Source of the DNA: Deltaproteobacteria bacterium
GTDB taxonomy: Bacteria; Myxococcota; JACRCW01
NCBI GenBank assembly: GCA_016218805.1
Contig: JACRCW010000021.1
Location: 1 to 51,229 of the forward strand
DNA: 51,229 nt
Direction: 5' to 3'
Shown here: positions 1 to 10,672 of the stretch, one piece after another
Layout of the letters: the number at the start of each line of letters is the position of its first letter
Position numbering within the stretch: the stretch's first letter is position 1
Program-made: the position numbers and the translations under genes
The notes under the pieces: model-generated
What the model was told of the DNA's origin: nothing
Databases searched by the model: none
The model's input: the letters and a program-made list of their open reading frames with translations, nothing else

Positions 1-238
1 ACGCCGCCGGCTCGGCATCCCGTGCCAACAGGAGTGGACCCCCCAACCACGGGCCCGCTCCCAGCCTCCATTGGACACATCGCCGCGCCGCATTTCGATC
101 CAGGCAAGCCCGGAGCCGACGGGGCCGCTAATCAAGTACCTCACGCGTCCCTCCTCCCATTGTGCTCCATCACATGGTGCTCCGTGGTGGGGTTGATCGC
201 AACGCTCCTCGCTCACAGGTTGGTCCAGCGGTGTTCAG

Positions 239-1354
239 TCAGCGCCGCAGCCACCGCACCGGGTCCACCGGGCGTCCGCGCGCGCGCAGCTCAAAGTACA
301 ACCGTGGCCCCACCAGGCTCTCACTGTCACCCACGAACGCGATCACGTCCCCCTCCGCCACCTCGTCACCCGCCTGCACCACCATGCGCGACAGGTGCGC
401 CAGCAGCGTGTGGTACCCGTCCCCGTGGTCCACAATGAGCAGCTGCCCGAACCCGCGCAGCCACCCCGCGTGCACCACCCGCCCGCGTGCCACGGCCACC
501 ACCTTCTGTCCCAGCGGCGCGTTGATGGACACGCCGGAGTGCATCACCTCCGTGCCCGCCCGCTCGTGCGTCACGCCAAACGGCACGTCCACCGCGCCGT
601 CCGTGGGCCAGCGCAGCTGCCCCTTGAGCGCGGCAAACCCGGAGGCGTTCTGCGCCGGGGGAAGATCATCCATCAGGTCACGCAGGCGGCGGCGCGCGGC
701 GTTGAGCTCATCAATGCGCTGTTGCGCGGCGCCCTTGCGCAGCCCCACCGCCATCAGGGATGCGGCGCGGCTCACCCGCGTGGCGGCGGCGGCCCGGCGC
801 GCGCCCTCCAACGTGCCGCGCTCCTGGGCCAGGCGTCCCTGCAGGTCGCGCAGGCGCGCGCGCTCGTGCAGCAGCGCCTCGCGGCGGGCCTGCACGCGTT
901 CCACCAGCGCCGCATCATGCTCCGCCACCTGCCGCAGCACGTGCCGCGTCCACACCAGGTCCCGCATGGACCGCGCGCCCAGCATCATCTGCAGGTCCGC
1001 CTGGGGCCCCAGCCACATCATCCCGCGCAGCCGCCGGGTCAGCGCCGCCTCCGCCTCCTCCAGCTCGCGCGTGAGCCGCGCCGCGTCCAGCTCCGCGTCC
1101 GCCACCTGCTGCTGCGTGCGCGCCACGCGCGCGTCCAGCTCCGCGGCGCGCGCATCCAGCCGCGCCATGGCCTCGTCCAGCTCGCCCAGCGCGCGCGTGA
1201 TGGACCGCTCCTCGCGGACAATCTCCTGCAGCACCGCTTGCCGCTCATCCATCTCACGCACCAGCCGGGCCAGGTCCGTTTCCGTGCGCGCCGCGTCATC
1301 CGCGCCGGCCGCGGCCCACAGCATCCCCACCAGGAGCACGGCGGTCCCGGCCAC
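239..1354 (-). CDS. envC: EnvC-like murein hydrolase activator (coiled coil + M23/LytM domain)
   Basis: Signal-like N-terminus, long coiled coil, C-terminal M23 fold (HSGVSI, IVDHGDGYHTLLAHL, LYFELR) with degenerate Zn ligands; directly downstream of ftsEX. Confidence 0.85.
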   Translation of the reverse strand: MAGTAVLLVGMLWAAAGADDAARTETDLARLVREMDERQAVLQEIVREERSITRALGELDEAMARLDARAAELDARVARTQQQVADAELDAARLTRELEEAEAALTRRLRGMMWLGPQADLQMMLGARSMRDLVWTRHVLRQVAEHDAALVERVQARREALLHERARLRDLQGRLAQERGTLEGARRAAAATRVSRAASLMAVGLRKGAAQQRIDELNAARRRLRDLMDDLPPAQNASGFAALKGQLRWPTDGAVDVPFGVTHERAGTEVMHSGVSINAPLGQKVVAVARGRVVHAGWLRGFGQLLIVDHGDGYHTLLAHLSRMVVQAGDEVAEGDVIAFVGDSESLVGPRLYFELRARGRPVDPVRWLRR

Positions 1355-2272
1355 TCACGCCTCCTCGCGCCCGGCAAACCGCGTCACCCCCACCAGCCCG
1401 CCCAGGATTCCCAGCCCGGCACCCAGGCCCATCAGCGCCACCACCACGCCCAGCGGGGGCCCGCCCAGGCTGACGGACCCAAACGCGCGCGCCAGCGCCT
1501 GTTCCACCTGCAGCGCCAGCACGCTGTGCAGCCCCAGCAGGCACCCGCCCGCCAGCGTCCCGCCAGACAGCCCCTGCAGCGCGCCCTCAATGACAAACGG
1601 CGCGCGCACAAACGCGGGTGACGCGCCCACCAGCACCATGATCTGCACCTCGTCCCGGCGCGCCAGCAGTGTCAGTTTCAGCGTGTTGGAGATGACCAGG
1701 ATGGTGACCAGCGCAATGAGCGCGCCCAGCAGGCCGCCGGCCAGCCGCAGGATGCCCAGCACGGCACCCAACCGGCCCAGCTCCTCGGCGCCCCATGCCA
1801 CCTCCACCACCAGCGGCTCGCCCTTGAGCGCCGCCGCCACGCGCTCAGACTGCTCCGCGGGGCTGCCCGGCAGCAGCTCCACCTCCACGGCGGCGGGAAT
1901 CACGTCGTCATCCATGCCGTCCAGCACGTGCGCGCGCTCACCCAGCGCTTCGCGCAGGCGCGCGCGGGCGCCGTGGCTGCTGACAAAGCGCGCGTCCAGC
2001 ACGCCGTCCACGGACCGCGCGCGCTGACGCACGGGCTCGGCCAGCTCCGCGGTGACGGTGGGATCCAGGAACGCCACCACCAGCATCTCGCGGTTCCACG
2101 CGTCCGCCAGGCGGGACAGCTGCAGCAGCAGCAGCGCAAACGCCCCCAGCGCGGTGAGGCTGAGAGCAATGATACCCACGGACAGGCTCATGGCGCCGGC
2201 GCCCTGCCGCAGGCCCAGCAGCGCGGTGCGCGTGACGCTGCGCGCCTGGTTGATGGCGGTGGTGATCATCAC
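1355..2272 (-). CDS. ftsX: Cell division ABC permease FtsX
   Basis: 4-TM pattern with ISNTLKLTLLARRDEVQIMVLVGASPAFVRAPFVIEG motif; overlaps ftsE. Confidence 0.92.
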   Translation of the reverse strand: MMITTAINQARSVTRTALLGLRQGAGAMSLSVGIIALSLTALGAFALLLLQLSRLADAWNREMLVVAFLDPTVTAELAEPVRQRARSVDGVLDARFVSSHGARARLREALGERAHVLDGMDDDVIPAAVEVELLPGSPAEQSERVAAALKGEPLVVEVAWGAEELGRLGAVLGILRLAGGLLGALIALVTILVISNTLKLTLLARRDEVQIMVLVGASPAFVRAPFVIEGALQGLSGGTLAGGCLLGLHSVLALQVEQALARAFGSVSLGGPPLGVVVALMGLGAGLGILGGLVGVTRFAGREEA

Positions 2273-2934
2273 ACCCCCGCCGAATGCACGCGCCCGTCCG
2301 CCAGCGCAATGATGCGGTGCCGGTAGCGCGTCAGCAGGATGGGATCATGCGTGGCGACGACGACGGTGGTGCCGCGCGCGTTGATGTCACTGAGCAGGTT
2401 CATGATGTCCACGGCGCGCTCCGGGTCCAGGTTGCCGGTGGGCTCATCCGCCAGCAGCACCAGCGGCTCGGTGACAATGGCCCGCGCAATGGCCACGCGC
2501 TGCTGCTCGCCACCGGACAACCGCCGCACCTCGGCGGCGCGCTTGTGCGCCAGCCCCACGCGCTTGAGCGCGTCAAACACGCGCTGGCGCGTGACGGACG
2601 GAGAGAGGCCCTGCACGTCCAACGCCAGCGCCACGTTCTGCTCGGCGGTGCGGGTGTCAATGAGTTTGAAGTCCTGGAACACCACGCCAATCTGCCGGCG
2701 CAGCAACGGCAGTTGGCTGTCCGCCAGGTGCGCCACGTTCTTGCCGGCAATGAAGACCTGGCCGCGGTTGCAGCGCTCGGCCAGGAACAGCAGGCGCAGC
2801 AGCGTGGTCTTGCCCGCGCCGGAGGGCCCCGTCAGGAACACAAACTCACCCTTCTCCACGGCCAGGTTCACGTCGTCGAGCGCCGGCCGCGCGGCGCGCT
2901 CATACACCTTGGAGACGTGGTAGAGCTCAATCAT
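2269..2934 (-). CDS. ftsE: Cell division ATP-binding protein FtsE
   Basis: GPSGAGKTT, RRQIGVVFQDFKL, LSGGEQQR, LADEPTGNLD; upstream of ftsX. Confidence 0.93.
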   Translation of the reverse strand: MIELYHVSKVYERAARPALDDVNLAVEKGEFVFLTGPSGAGKTTLLRLLFLAERCNRGQVFIAGKNVAHLADSQLPLLRRQIGVVFQDFKLIDTRTAEQNVALALDVQGLSPSVTRQRVFDALKRVGLAHKRAAEVRRLSGGEQQRVAIARAIVTEPLVLLADEPTGNLDPERAVDIMNLLSDINARGTTVVVATHDPILLTRYRHRIIALADGRVHSAGV

Positions 2935-3141
2935 GCGCGGCTCTCCACCCTAAGCCCGCGTTTTGACACGTCAACTTTCCCGCACGTGGCCGCCGCTGCC
3001 CTGGGGCTTGTGGCCACGCTGCCGCCGGTCACCGCCGAGCACCATTGACAAGCGGTGTCCGTTTCCCTCAATTGCGCGCCCTTTCACCAACCCCCCCTAC
3101 CCGGTAGGGCTCCCCGCCCTCCGGTGACAATGGATTGAGCT

Positions 3142-5256
<2,115 letters not shown>

Positions 5257-5278
5257 CACGCGGGCACGCCGCGTACCG

Positions 5279-5313
5279 GGGCCGCTCCTGTCAACGGATG
5301 ACGGGGGCGGCCC
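5279..5313 (+). terminator. Hairpin after fusA, between convergent genes
   Basis: GGGCCGCTCCTGTCA-acgga-TGACGGGGGCGGCCC 15-bp stem (2 G-U pairs), weak T tail. Confidence 0.6.
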
Positions 5314-5321
5314 TTCCGCTT

Positions 5322-5894
5322 TCAGGGCGGCAGGTCCGCGTGCAACTCCGCAACGGGAAGCGTGACGCCGACGGCGGGCAGTTCCACCACCGCCTGCAGG
5401 CCCTGGAACACCGTGTTGCACCAGTTGCCTGACGCATCCGGGGAGAAGACCTCCACGGTGGGACGCTGGCCGTCCACCAGCACGTAGTGCCGCAATGACG
5501 CGATGGACCGGTACGCCACAAACTTGTCCCCCCGGTCGTACGCCTCCGTCGACGGCGACAGCACCTCCACGATGACAGTGGGGTTGAGCACCGTGTCCGC
5601 CGGTCCCGGTGGGTGGAACCGCGGCGGACCGCAGATGACCATGAGGTCCGGATAGACCACGATGCCGGGCCCCGGAATTTACAGCCGGACGTCGCTGCCG
5701 AACGGCTGGCAGGGCTTGCCCCGCAGGCGCCCACTGAGCGCCGCTCCGAAGCTGGGGCCCAGTTTGGCGTGCCGCAGCGTCCCGCCGACCCTGGCGAACA
5801 TCTCGCCGCCGATGAACTCGCTGCGCTCCGGCGCGTCCCGCTCCAGGCGCAGGTACTCGTCGACGGTGAAGCGCCGGGGCACGCGGGCAGTCAC
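5322..5894 (-). pseudogene. Uma2-family (PD-(D/E)xK) endonuclease interrupted by in-frame TAA at 5679-5681
   Basis: ORFs 5679-5894 and 5322-5660 share one frame: FTVDEYL..E.IGGEM..H..SDVRL*IPGPGIVVYPDL..VEVLSPSTEAYDRGDKF..Y. Confidence 0.85.
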
Positions 5895-5978
5895 AATGGC
5901 CCGGAGGTTATGGCAGCGGTGGCGGGAAACGCCATGTACGCGCGGGGAGGCCGGTCAGGCAGGGCGGGCGGAGAGCGG

Positions 5979-6869
5979 TCAGGGCGGCGCGTCCGCCCCC
6001 ACCGGCATGGCGCGGCGGGGAGACGGGTACAACGGTCCCTGCACCAGCGTGGGACCGGGCCACGACGGTTGCCGCACCAGGGGGAGCGCGGGTTCCAGGT
6101 CCACCTGCACGTCCCACAGCTCCACGTCGTGGAAATGGGCGCGGCCGCCGCGGGTCAGCAGCCACTCCTCAATCCGGTGCGCCACCACCACGCCGCCGCC
6201 CACGTCGCGGTAGTCGGCGTACTCGGCCCGCAGGCGCCAGGGGAGCCCGGCCAGCCGCACCACGTATTCCACCGCCGTCACCAGCCCGCTGTCACCGTCC
6301 ACCTCCAGCACCCATTCCACCTCGCCACCGCGCCGGTCCCGCAGGGACAGCAGCAGGTGCGGGCCGTGCCGCGGCACCAGGCGCACCTCCGCAAAGTCCG
6401 GGTCCACCGGCTCCCAGGGCCGCACCAGCCCCATCATCACCGTGAGGTGCAACTCGCGGCGGACGCCGGCCACCGGCGTGTACGGGCGCCCGTTGACAGC
6501 GGTGCGCAGGTGCCCGTCCTCCAGCGCCCACGCCACGCGCCCGCCGTCACGCTGCGCCACCTGCCAACCCGCCGCGCGCGTGAAGTCAAAGCGCGTGCTG
6601 GCCACCCATGACGGCGCCAGCTCCGGGTACACCAGCTCGGCAATACCCGGCTCAAAGGTGTCTTCGCTCATGAAGCGCATGGCCTGCAGGCGGCGCCCTC
6701 CGGTGTGTGCACGGCGGGCCTCCTGCCACGCGTCCCACGCGCCGCTGGGTCCGGATTCCAGCACGCGGAACAGCCGCGGCCGGCACGCGGAGGTCCCCAG
6801 CAGGACCCCCAGCAACGCCACCGCCCAGCACGCCCATGGGAACAGGCCCCTGCGCATGCGCCGGAGCAT
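5979..6869 (-). CDS. Hypothetical lipoprotein, possibly LolA-like fold
   Basis: Basic N-terminus, hydrophobic stretch, TSA-C lipobox-like site; YADYRDVGGGVVVAH motif; ATG at 6869 chosen. Confidence 0.6.
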   Translation of the reverse strand: MLRRMRRGLFPWACWAVALLGVLLGTSACRPRLFRVLESGPSGAWDAWQEARRAHTGGRRLQAMRFMSEDTFEPGIAELVYPELAPSWVASTRFDFTRAAGWQVAQRDGGRVAWALEDGHLRTAVNGRPYTPVAGVRRELHLTVMMGLVRPWEPVDPDFAEVRLVPRHGPHLLLSLRDRRGGEVEWVLEVDGDSGLVTAVEYVVRLAGLPWRLRAEYADYRDVGGGVVVAHRIEEWLLTRGGRAHFHDVELWDVQVDLEPALPLVRQPSWPGPTLVQGPLYPSPRRAMPVGADAPP

Positions 6870-6919
6870 GGTCCGGCCCCCCCCGCCGCCACAACCACGC
6901 TGCCGGGGCACCGCCCGCG

Positions 6920-7765
6920 TCAGCGCACCGGCTTGCCGTCCCGGTACTCCACGTCAACCACCAGCTCCCCTTTGGCGTCCCACTGCTTGAAGCGGCCGTG
7001 CTGCACGCCGGCCTTGTAGTACGCCTCCGCCTCGCGGCTGCCCTCAGCGGAGTACTTCACCCACCGCCCATGCCGTTTCCCGTCGAGATACTCCCCCTCC
7101 TCCACCAGCTGCCCGCTCTTGTGGTAGCCGCGGTAGGGACCGTGCTGGCGGCCGGGCTTGCCGGGCTGCTCGCACCAGGTCTCCAGGCCCTGCGGGGGCG
7201 AGAACCCCTTCTGCTCTGTGCCCTCCGGGCAGCGGTCCTTCTGCAGCACGCGGTCCAGGCGCGCGCGCGTGGACGGGTCAGGCTCCGGTGCCTTCTCGCC
7301 ATCCCCCGCGTAGCGGCCCGGGAGGAGGCCGGTGCCGGTGAGCGCCAGGCTGGCTTCGCGGTCCACCCGGGTGACCAGCATGGGGACGCGGTAGCGGACG
7401 CGCACACTGACCGGTTGGGTTTCTTCGCCGCCGCGGATGGTGACCTCCAGCCCGTCATCCGGCAGGGACGCGCCGGCGGAGAGCACGCGCGCGCGGACCA
7501 GCGCGGCCACGCCAAACGCGTCCGTACCCGCCGGCAGCGGCGAACTGGCCAGCGAGGGCAATGCAGCCTCCACCGCGTTGTACCGGTCCCGCAGTTTGTA
7601 GCCCGCGGCCAGCAGCGCCACGGCGGCAACCAGCAGCACGGCGTTCCACGGGATGCTCCCCGCCTGCACCGGCGGACGCCCGGCGGGTTTCTTGCCGCCC
7701 TTTGCGGCCCTGCCGGCGGGCGTCACGGGCGGCTTGCGGGCGGGCGGCGGCGGGGGAGCAGGCAT
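6920..7765 (-). CDS. Membrane-anchored MORN-variant repeat (YwqK-like) protein
   Basis: Three repeats (HGPYRGYHKSGQL..EGEY.DG, HGRWVKY, HGRFKQW); single N-terminal TM. Confidence 0.75.
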   Translation of the reverse strand: MPAPPPPPARKPPVTPAGRAAKGGKKPAGRPPVQAGSIPWNAVLLVAAVALLAAGYKLRDRYNAVEAALPSLASSPLPAGTDAFGVAALVRARVLSAGASLPDDGLEVTIRGGEETQPVSVRVRYRVPMLVTRVDREASLALTGTGLLPGRYAGDGEKAPEPDPSTRARLDRVLQKDRCPEGTEQKGFSPPQGLETWCEQPGKPGRQHGPYRGYHKSGQLVEEGEYLDGKRHGRWVKYSAEGSREAEAYYKAGVQHGRFKQWDAKGELVVDVEYRDGKPVR

Positions 7766-7813
7766 GGCCAACGGGTACCACGCCCGGCGTGGCCGGCGCA
7801 GCCTGGGGCAGGC

Positions 7814-8581
7814 CTAGGGCGGAGCGGCGATCCACCCATCCACGTACTGCCAGACGGCCGCCAGCGCCGGGCGGACGGTCACCGCCAGCAGGCCGTGGAG
7901 CAGGACGCCACCCAGCGCCACCGAGGCCGCGCCGCCCAGCATGATGGGAAGAAACGCTTCGCCCAGCACCCCCAGGCTGATGGTGTTGGTGATGGCAAAC
8001 GTCAGCGGCACCAGCGAAAAGCCGCCGCCCACGACGAACAACGACACCAGCAGCACCGGCAGCGCGGCGAGCGCGAACGCAACGGGGGCCAGCGCCGTGC
8101 GCAGCACGCGGCGGCCGGGGCTGTCCCGCCGGTCCAGGCGGGCGCGCAGCGGCGGCACCACGCGGCGCGCCACCGAGCTTGCGGACGCGGAGGCCACAAA
8201 GAACGCCGTCTCCAGCAGCGGCACCAGCAGCAGCGTCCCCGGAACAATGAACGCCATTCCAATGATGGCCAGCGCAACCGCCGCCAGGTCCTGCCACCCG
8301 GTGTTCAACTGCAGCATCTGCCACACCAGGACGCCCAGGCCACCCGTGGCGGCGGCGCCCAGCACCAGCGGCACCCCCACGCCCAGCACCAGCCCCACGG
8401 ACGTCCCCAGGGCGACGTCCGTCCCCCACCCCAGCCACGGTGACCCGGACGCGGGCTCCTGCTCCATGGGCGGCCGTTCCGGTTCCACCGCCGGCGCCTC
8501 GGGCGCCTCGGGCGAACCTACCGGTGGCGGGTTGTCCGCCGGCGGCGCAGCCAACAGGCAGGCGAGAAGGAGCGCGCTCAT
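7814..8581 (-). CDS. Hypothetical polytopic membrane protein
   Basis: Signal-like start, Pro-rich linker, several hydrophobic helices; starts 4 nt after ridA stop. Confidence 0.6.
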   Translation of the reverse strand: MSALLLACLLAAPPADNPPPVGSPEAPEAPAVEPERPPMEQEPASGSPWLGWGTDVALGTSVGLVLGVGVPLVLGAAATGGLGVLVWQMLQLNTGWQDLAAVALAIIGMAFIVPGTLLLVPLLETAFFVASASASSVARRVVPPLRARLDRRDSPGRRVLRTALAPVAFALAALPVLLVSLFVVGGGFSLVPLTFAITNTISLGVLGEAFLPIMLGGAASVALGGVLLHGLLAVTVRPALAAVWQYVDGWIAAPP

Positions 8582-8585
8582 GCGT

Positions 8586-8996
8586 TCAGTCCGGCAGCAC
8601 CGCGGTGGCCTCAATCTCCACCTTGGCGCCCTGCTCCAGCAACGCCCTCACTTCCACCAGCGACATGGCCGGGTAATGACGCCCCATGCGGTCCCGCCAC
8701 GCCTGGCCGATCTCGGCGCGCTGCGCGGAGTATTCGCGGTGATCCGTGACGAACACCGTCATGCGCGCCACGTGCTCCGGTAGTCCACCCGCCGCCCGCA
8801 CCACCGCCAGCACGTTGTCCAGCGCCTGCGCCCACTGCTCATGCAGGACCGCCGTGTGGAAACGCTCCTGCGCGTCCCACCCCACCTGCCCCGCCACAAA
8901 CAACACCCGTCCCCGGCCCACCATCCCGTTGGCGTAACCCTTGGGCTGCGCCCATCCCTCGGGCTGGATCCGCTGCAGCGTGCCCTGCGTTGACAT
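8586..8996 (-). CDS. RidA/YjgF family enamine-imine deaminase
   Basis: PKGYANG, LFVAGQVG, YPAMSLVEVRAL, KVEIEATA; GGAGG RBS upstream. Confidence 0.88.
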   Translation of the reverse strand: MSTQGTLQRIQPEGWAQPKGYANGMVGRGRVLFVAGQVGWDAQERFHTAVLHEQWAQALDNVLAVVRAAGGLPEHVARMTVFVTDHREYSAQRAEIGQAWRDRMGRHYPAMSLVEVRALLEQGAKVEIEATAVLPD

Positions 8997-9066
8997 GGCA
9001 AGACCTCCGTCGTCCCGGCGCGAGGCAACCACACCGGTACGCGCCACCGCAAATCCCTCAGTCAGA

Positions 9067-9360
9067 GTGGACCAGGGTCAACGCCGGTCGCCGGACACAC
9101 TTGGCGAACGGCCCGCACCGCAGGGCGCAGGCAACAGCTGCTGAGGTGCAGGCACGTTGGCGGGCGGGATGTGGAGGGACCGGCTTCGCCGGTCAGAGGG
9201 GAAGAGGCGGGATGGGCCGGCGACCGGCGGGGACGCCGGTCCCACTGCGCCCCTTCAGGTCCGTTGCGCACCAATACACTCCGGACACACTTGGCGATTT
9301 CCGGCCCCGCACCCCAGCGCAGGCATGAGCTGCTGAGGGTGCAAGCGGGTTGGTGGAGGG
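9067..9360. repeat. Intergenic mosaic: two imperfect ~80-bp direct repeats plus REP-like GTGG-hairpins
   Basis: CCGGACACACTTGGCGA...GCGCAGGCA..AGCTGCTGAG..GTGCA.GC..GTTGG at 9091 and 9281; hairpins at 9171-9194 (+), 9222-9245 (-) and degenerate 9067-9089. Confidence 0.7.
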
Positions 9361-9379
9361 GCACGCGTCGACGCCGGGA

Positions 9380-9757
9380 TTAGGACCCCTTGACGATGAT
9401 GGCGCCCTTCATCATGTCCATTCCGCACAACCACTGGAAACTCCCAGCCTGCGCGGGCGTGAACTCCACCGCCGTCTCCTTGCCAAATGGCAACTCCGTC
9501 TTCTTCACGTTGAACGCCGGCAGGTGCACCTGCGCGCCACACTCGCCCTTGCTCTCCTGGATGAAGATGAGCCTGGCGGGGACGCCTGCCTTGAGTTCCA
9601 CCGCCTTGGGCACGTAGCCCATGTCCGTCACCCGCACGCGCACCACCTGCGTGCCGCCCTGCAACTCCGCCGCCGCCACCGCCGCGGCCGGCCTGGCCGC
9701 CTCGTCCTTGCACGACACTGACAACGCCACCAGCACCACGCACCACAACGCTTTCAT
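9380..9757 (-). CDS. Cupredoxin-domain lipoprotein (CupA-like)
   Basis: SVS-C lipobox-like site; GYVPKAVELKAGVP, EC, FTP..AGSFQWLCGMDMMKG. Confidence 0.8.
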   Translation of the reverse strand: MKALWCVVLVALSVSCKDEAARPAAAVAAAELQGGTQVVRVRVTDMGYVPKAVELKAGVPARLIFIQESKGECGAQVHLPAFNVKKTELPFGKETAVEFTPAQAGSFQWLCGMDMMKGAIIVKGS

Positions 9758-9780
9758 TGCTCCGCTCCTTCCAGGCCCCG

Positions 9781-10653
9781 TCACCGCCGTACCCGCTCCA
9801 GCAGCGCCGCGTCCACGCCCAGCCGCTTGACCGCGTCCTCAGCCTGCTGGGTCACCACCGCCTCCGGCACGTACGCCGCGCGCAGGGACTCCGCCACCGT
9901 GGTCACGTCTGCCGGCCGGATCCGTCCCTCCTGGGCCAACACCAGCGCCGCCTGGAGAAACCCGTGCACCGGACACACCTTGGGATGCCCAAACGCCAAC
10001 GGGTCACGCCCCCGCTCCAGGCGGATGAACACCCGCGCCACGGGGTCCGGCGTCTGCGGCAAACGGTCTGCAATGCGCAACGCCTCGTCCACCTCCGGGG
10101 CTTGCGCGCCCATGGTCAGCATGCGCTGCCGGAGCGCATCACCGCGCAGGCCGGCGCAGATCTCGCCAAACAGCGTGAACACCGCGGCGTCACTCTCCAC
10201 GTCATCACCAAACAGCCACCAGCGTGACGGTCCGGGAATGTCACGGCGGTACAGCAGCAGGGCGCACGTCTTGTAGCCCACCTGTTCCCTGATGGCCTTG
10301 GGGCGCAGCGCCCTGAGGTACCCGAACTGGTCCTTGAACGTGATGCCGTCATGCTGCACGCCGTCCAGCAGCATCTTGCGCTCCAGGATCCCGCGCAGCT
10401 GCGGCGGTGACCCGCTGACAAAGTACAACGGCGCCAGCAGCGGTTCGGCACCCGGCCCGCGCCGCAGCGCGCGGATGAGCGCCACGGCGCCAGGCACCGC
10501 GCGCTTGTCCAGCGCGGCCTCCGCCACAATGCCCAGCAGGCCGCGGACGGAGGAGAACCGCGTCTCCAGGTATGTCTTGTCAATGTCCCATACGAACACG
10601 TCACCCGCGTAGTCCGGCGGCAACGTGCGGTGGTTGGTGCGCTCCAGCAGCAT
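9781..10653 (-). CDS. HAD-superfamily App1/DUF2183-like phosphatidate phosphatase
   Basis: WDIDKT (DxDxT motif I), FVSGSP (II), GYK (III), LFGDDVESD (IV); in operon with glycerolipid genes. Confidence 0.72.
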   Translation of the reverse strand: MLLERTNHRTLPPDYAGDVFVWDIDKTYLETRFSSVRGLLGIVAEAALDKRAVPGAVALIRALRRGPGAEPLLAPLYFVSGSPPQLRGILERKMLLDGVQHDGITFKDQFGYLRALRPKAIREQVGYKTCALLLYRRDIPGPSRWWLFGDDVESDAAVFTLFGEICAGLRGDALRQRMLTMGAQAPEVDEALRIADRLPQTPDPVARVFIRLERGRDPLAFGHPKVCPVHGFLQAALVLAQEGRIRPADVTTVAESLRAAYVPEAVVTQQAEDAVKRLGVDAALLERVRR

Positions 10654-10672
10654 GGTCACAGCGACGTCCCGC

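Noticed and set aside
3045..3073. Sigma70 promoter for fusA (TTGACA)
   Set aside because: Perfect -35 but no convincing -10 at 16-18 bp; not supportable by eye
5679..5681. Programmed readthrough (Sec/Pyl) in the Uma2 gene
   Set aside because: The codon is TAA, not TGA/TAG, and other genes in the window terminate at TAA
9091..9360. CRISPR array or known tandem riboswitch
   Set aside because: Only two long diverged copies, no spacer periodicity, no cas genes, no recognisable aptamer consensus
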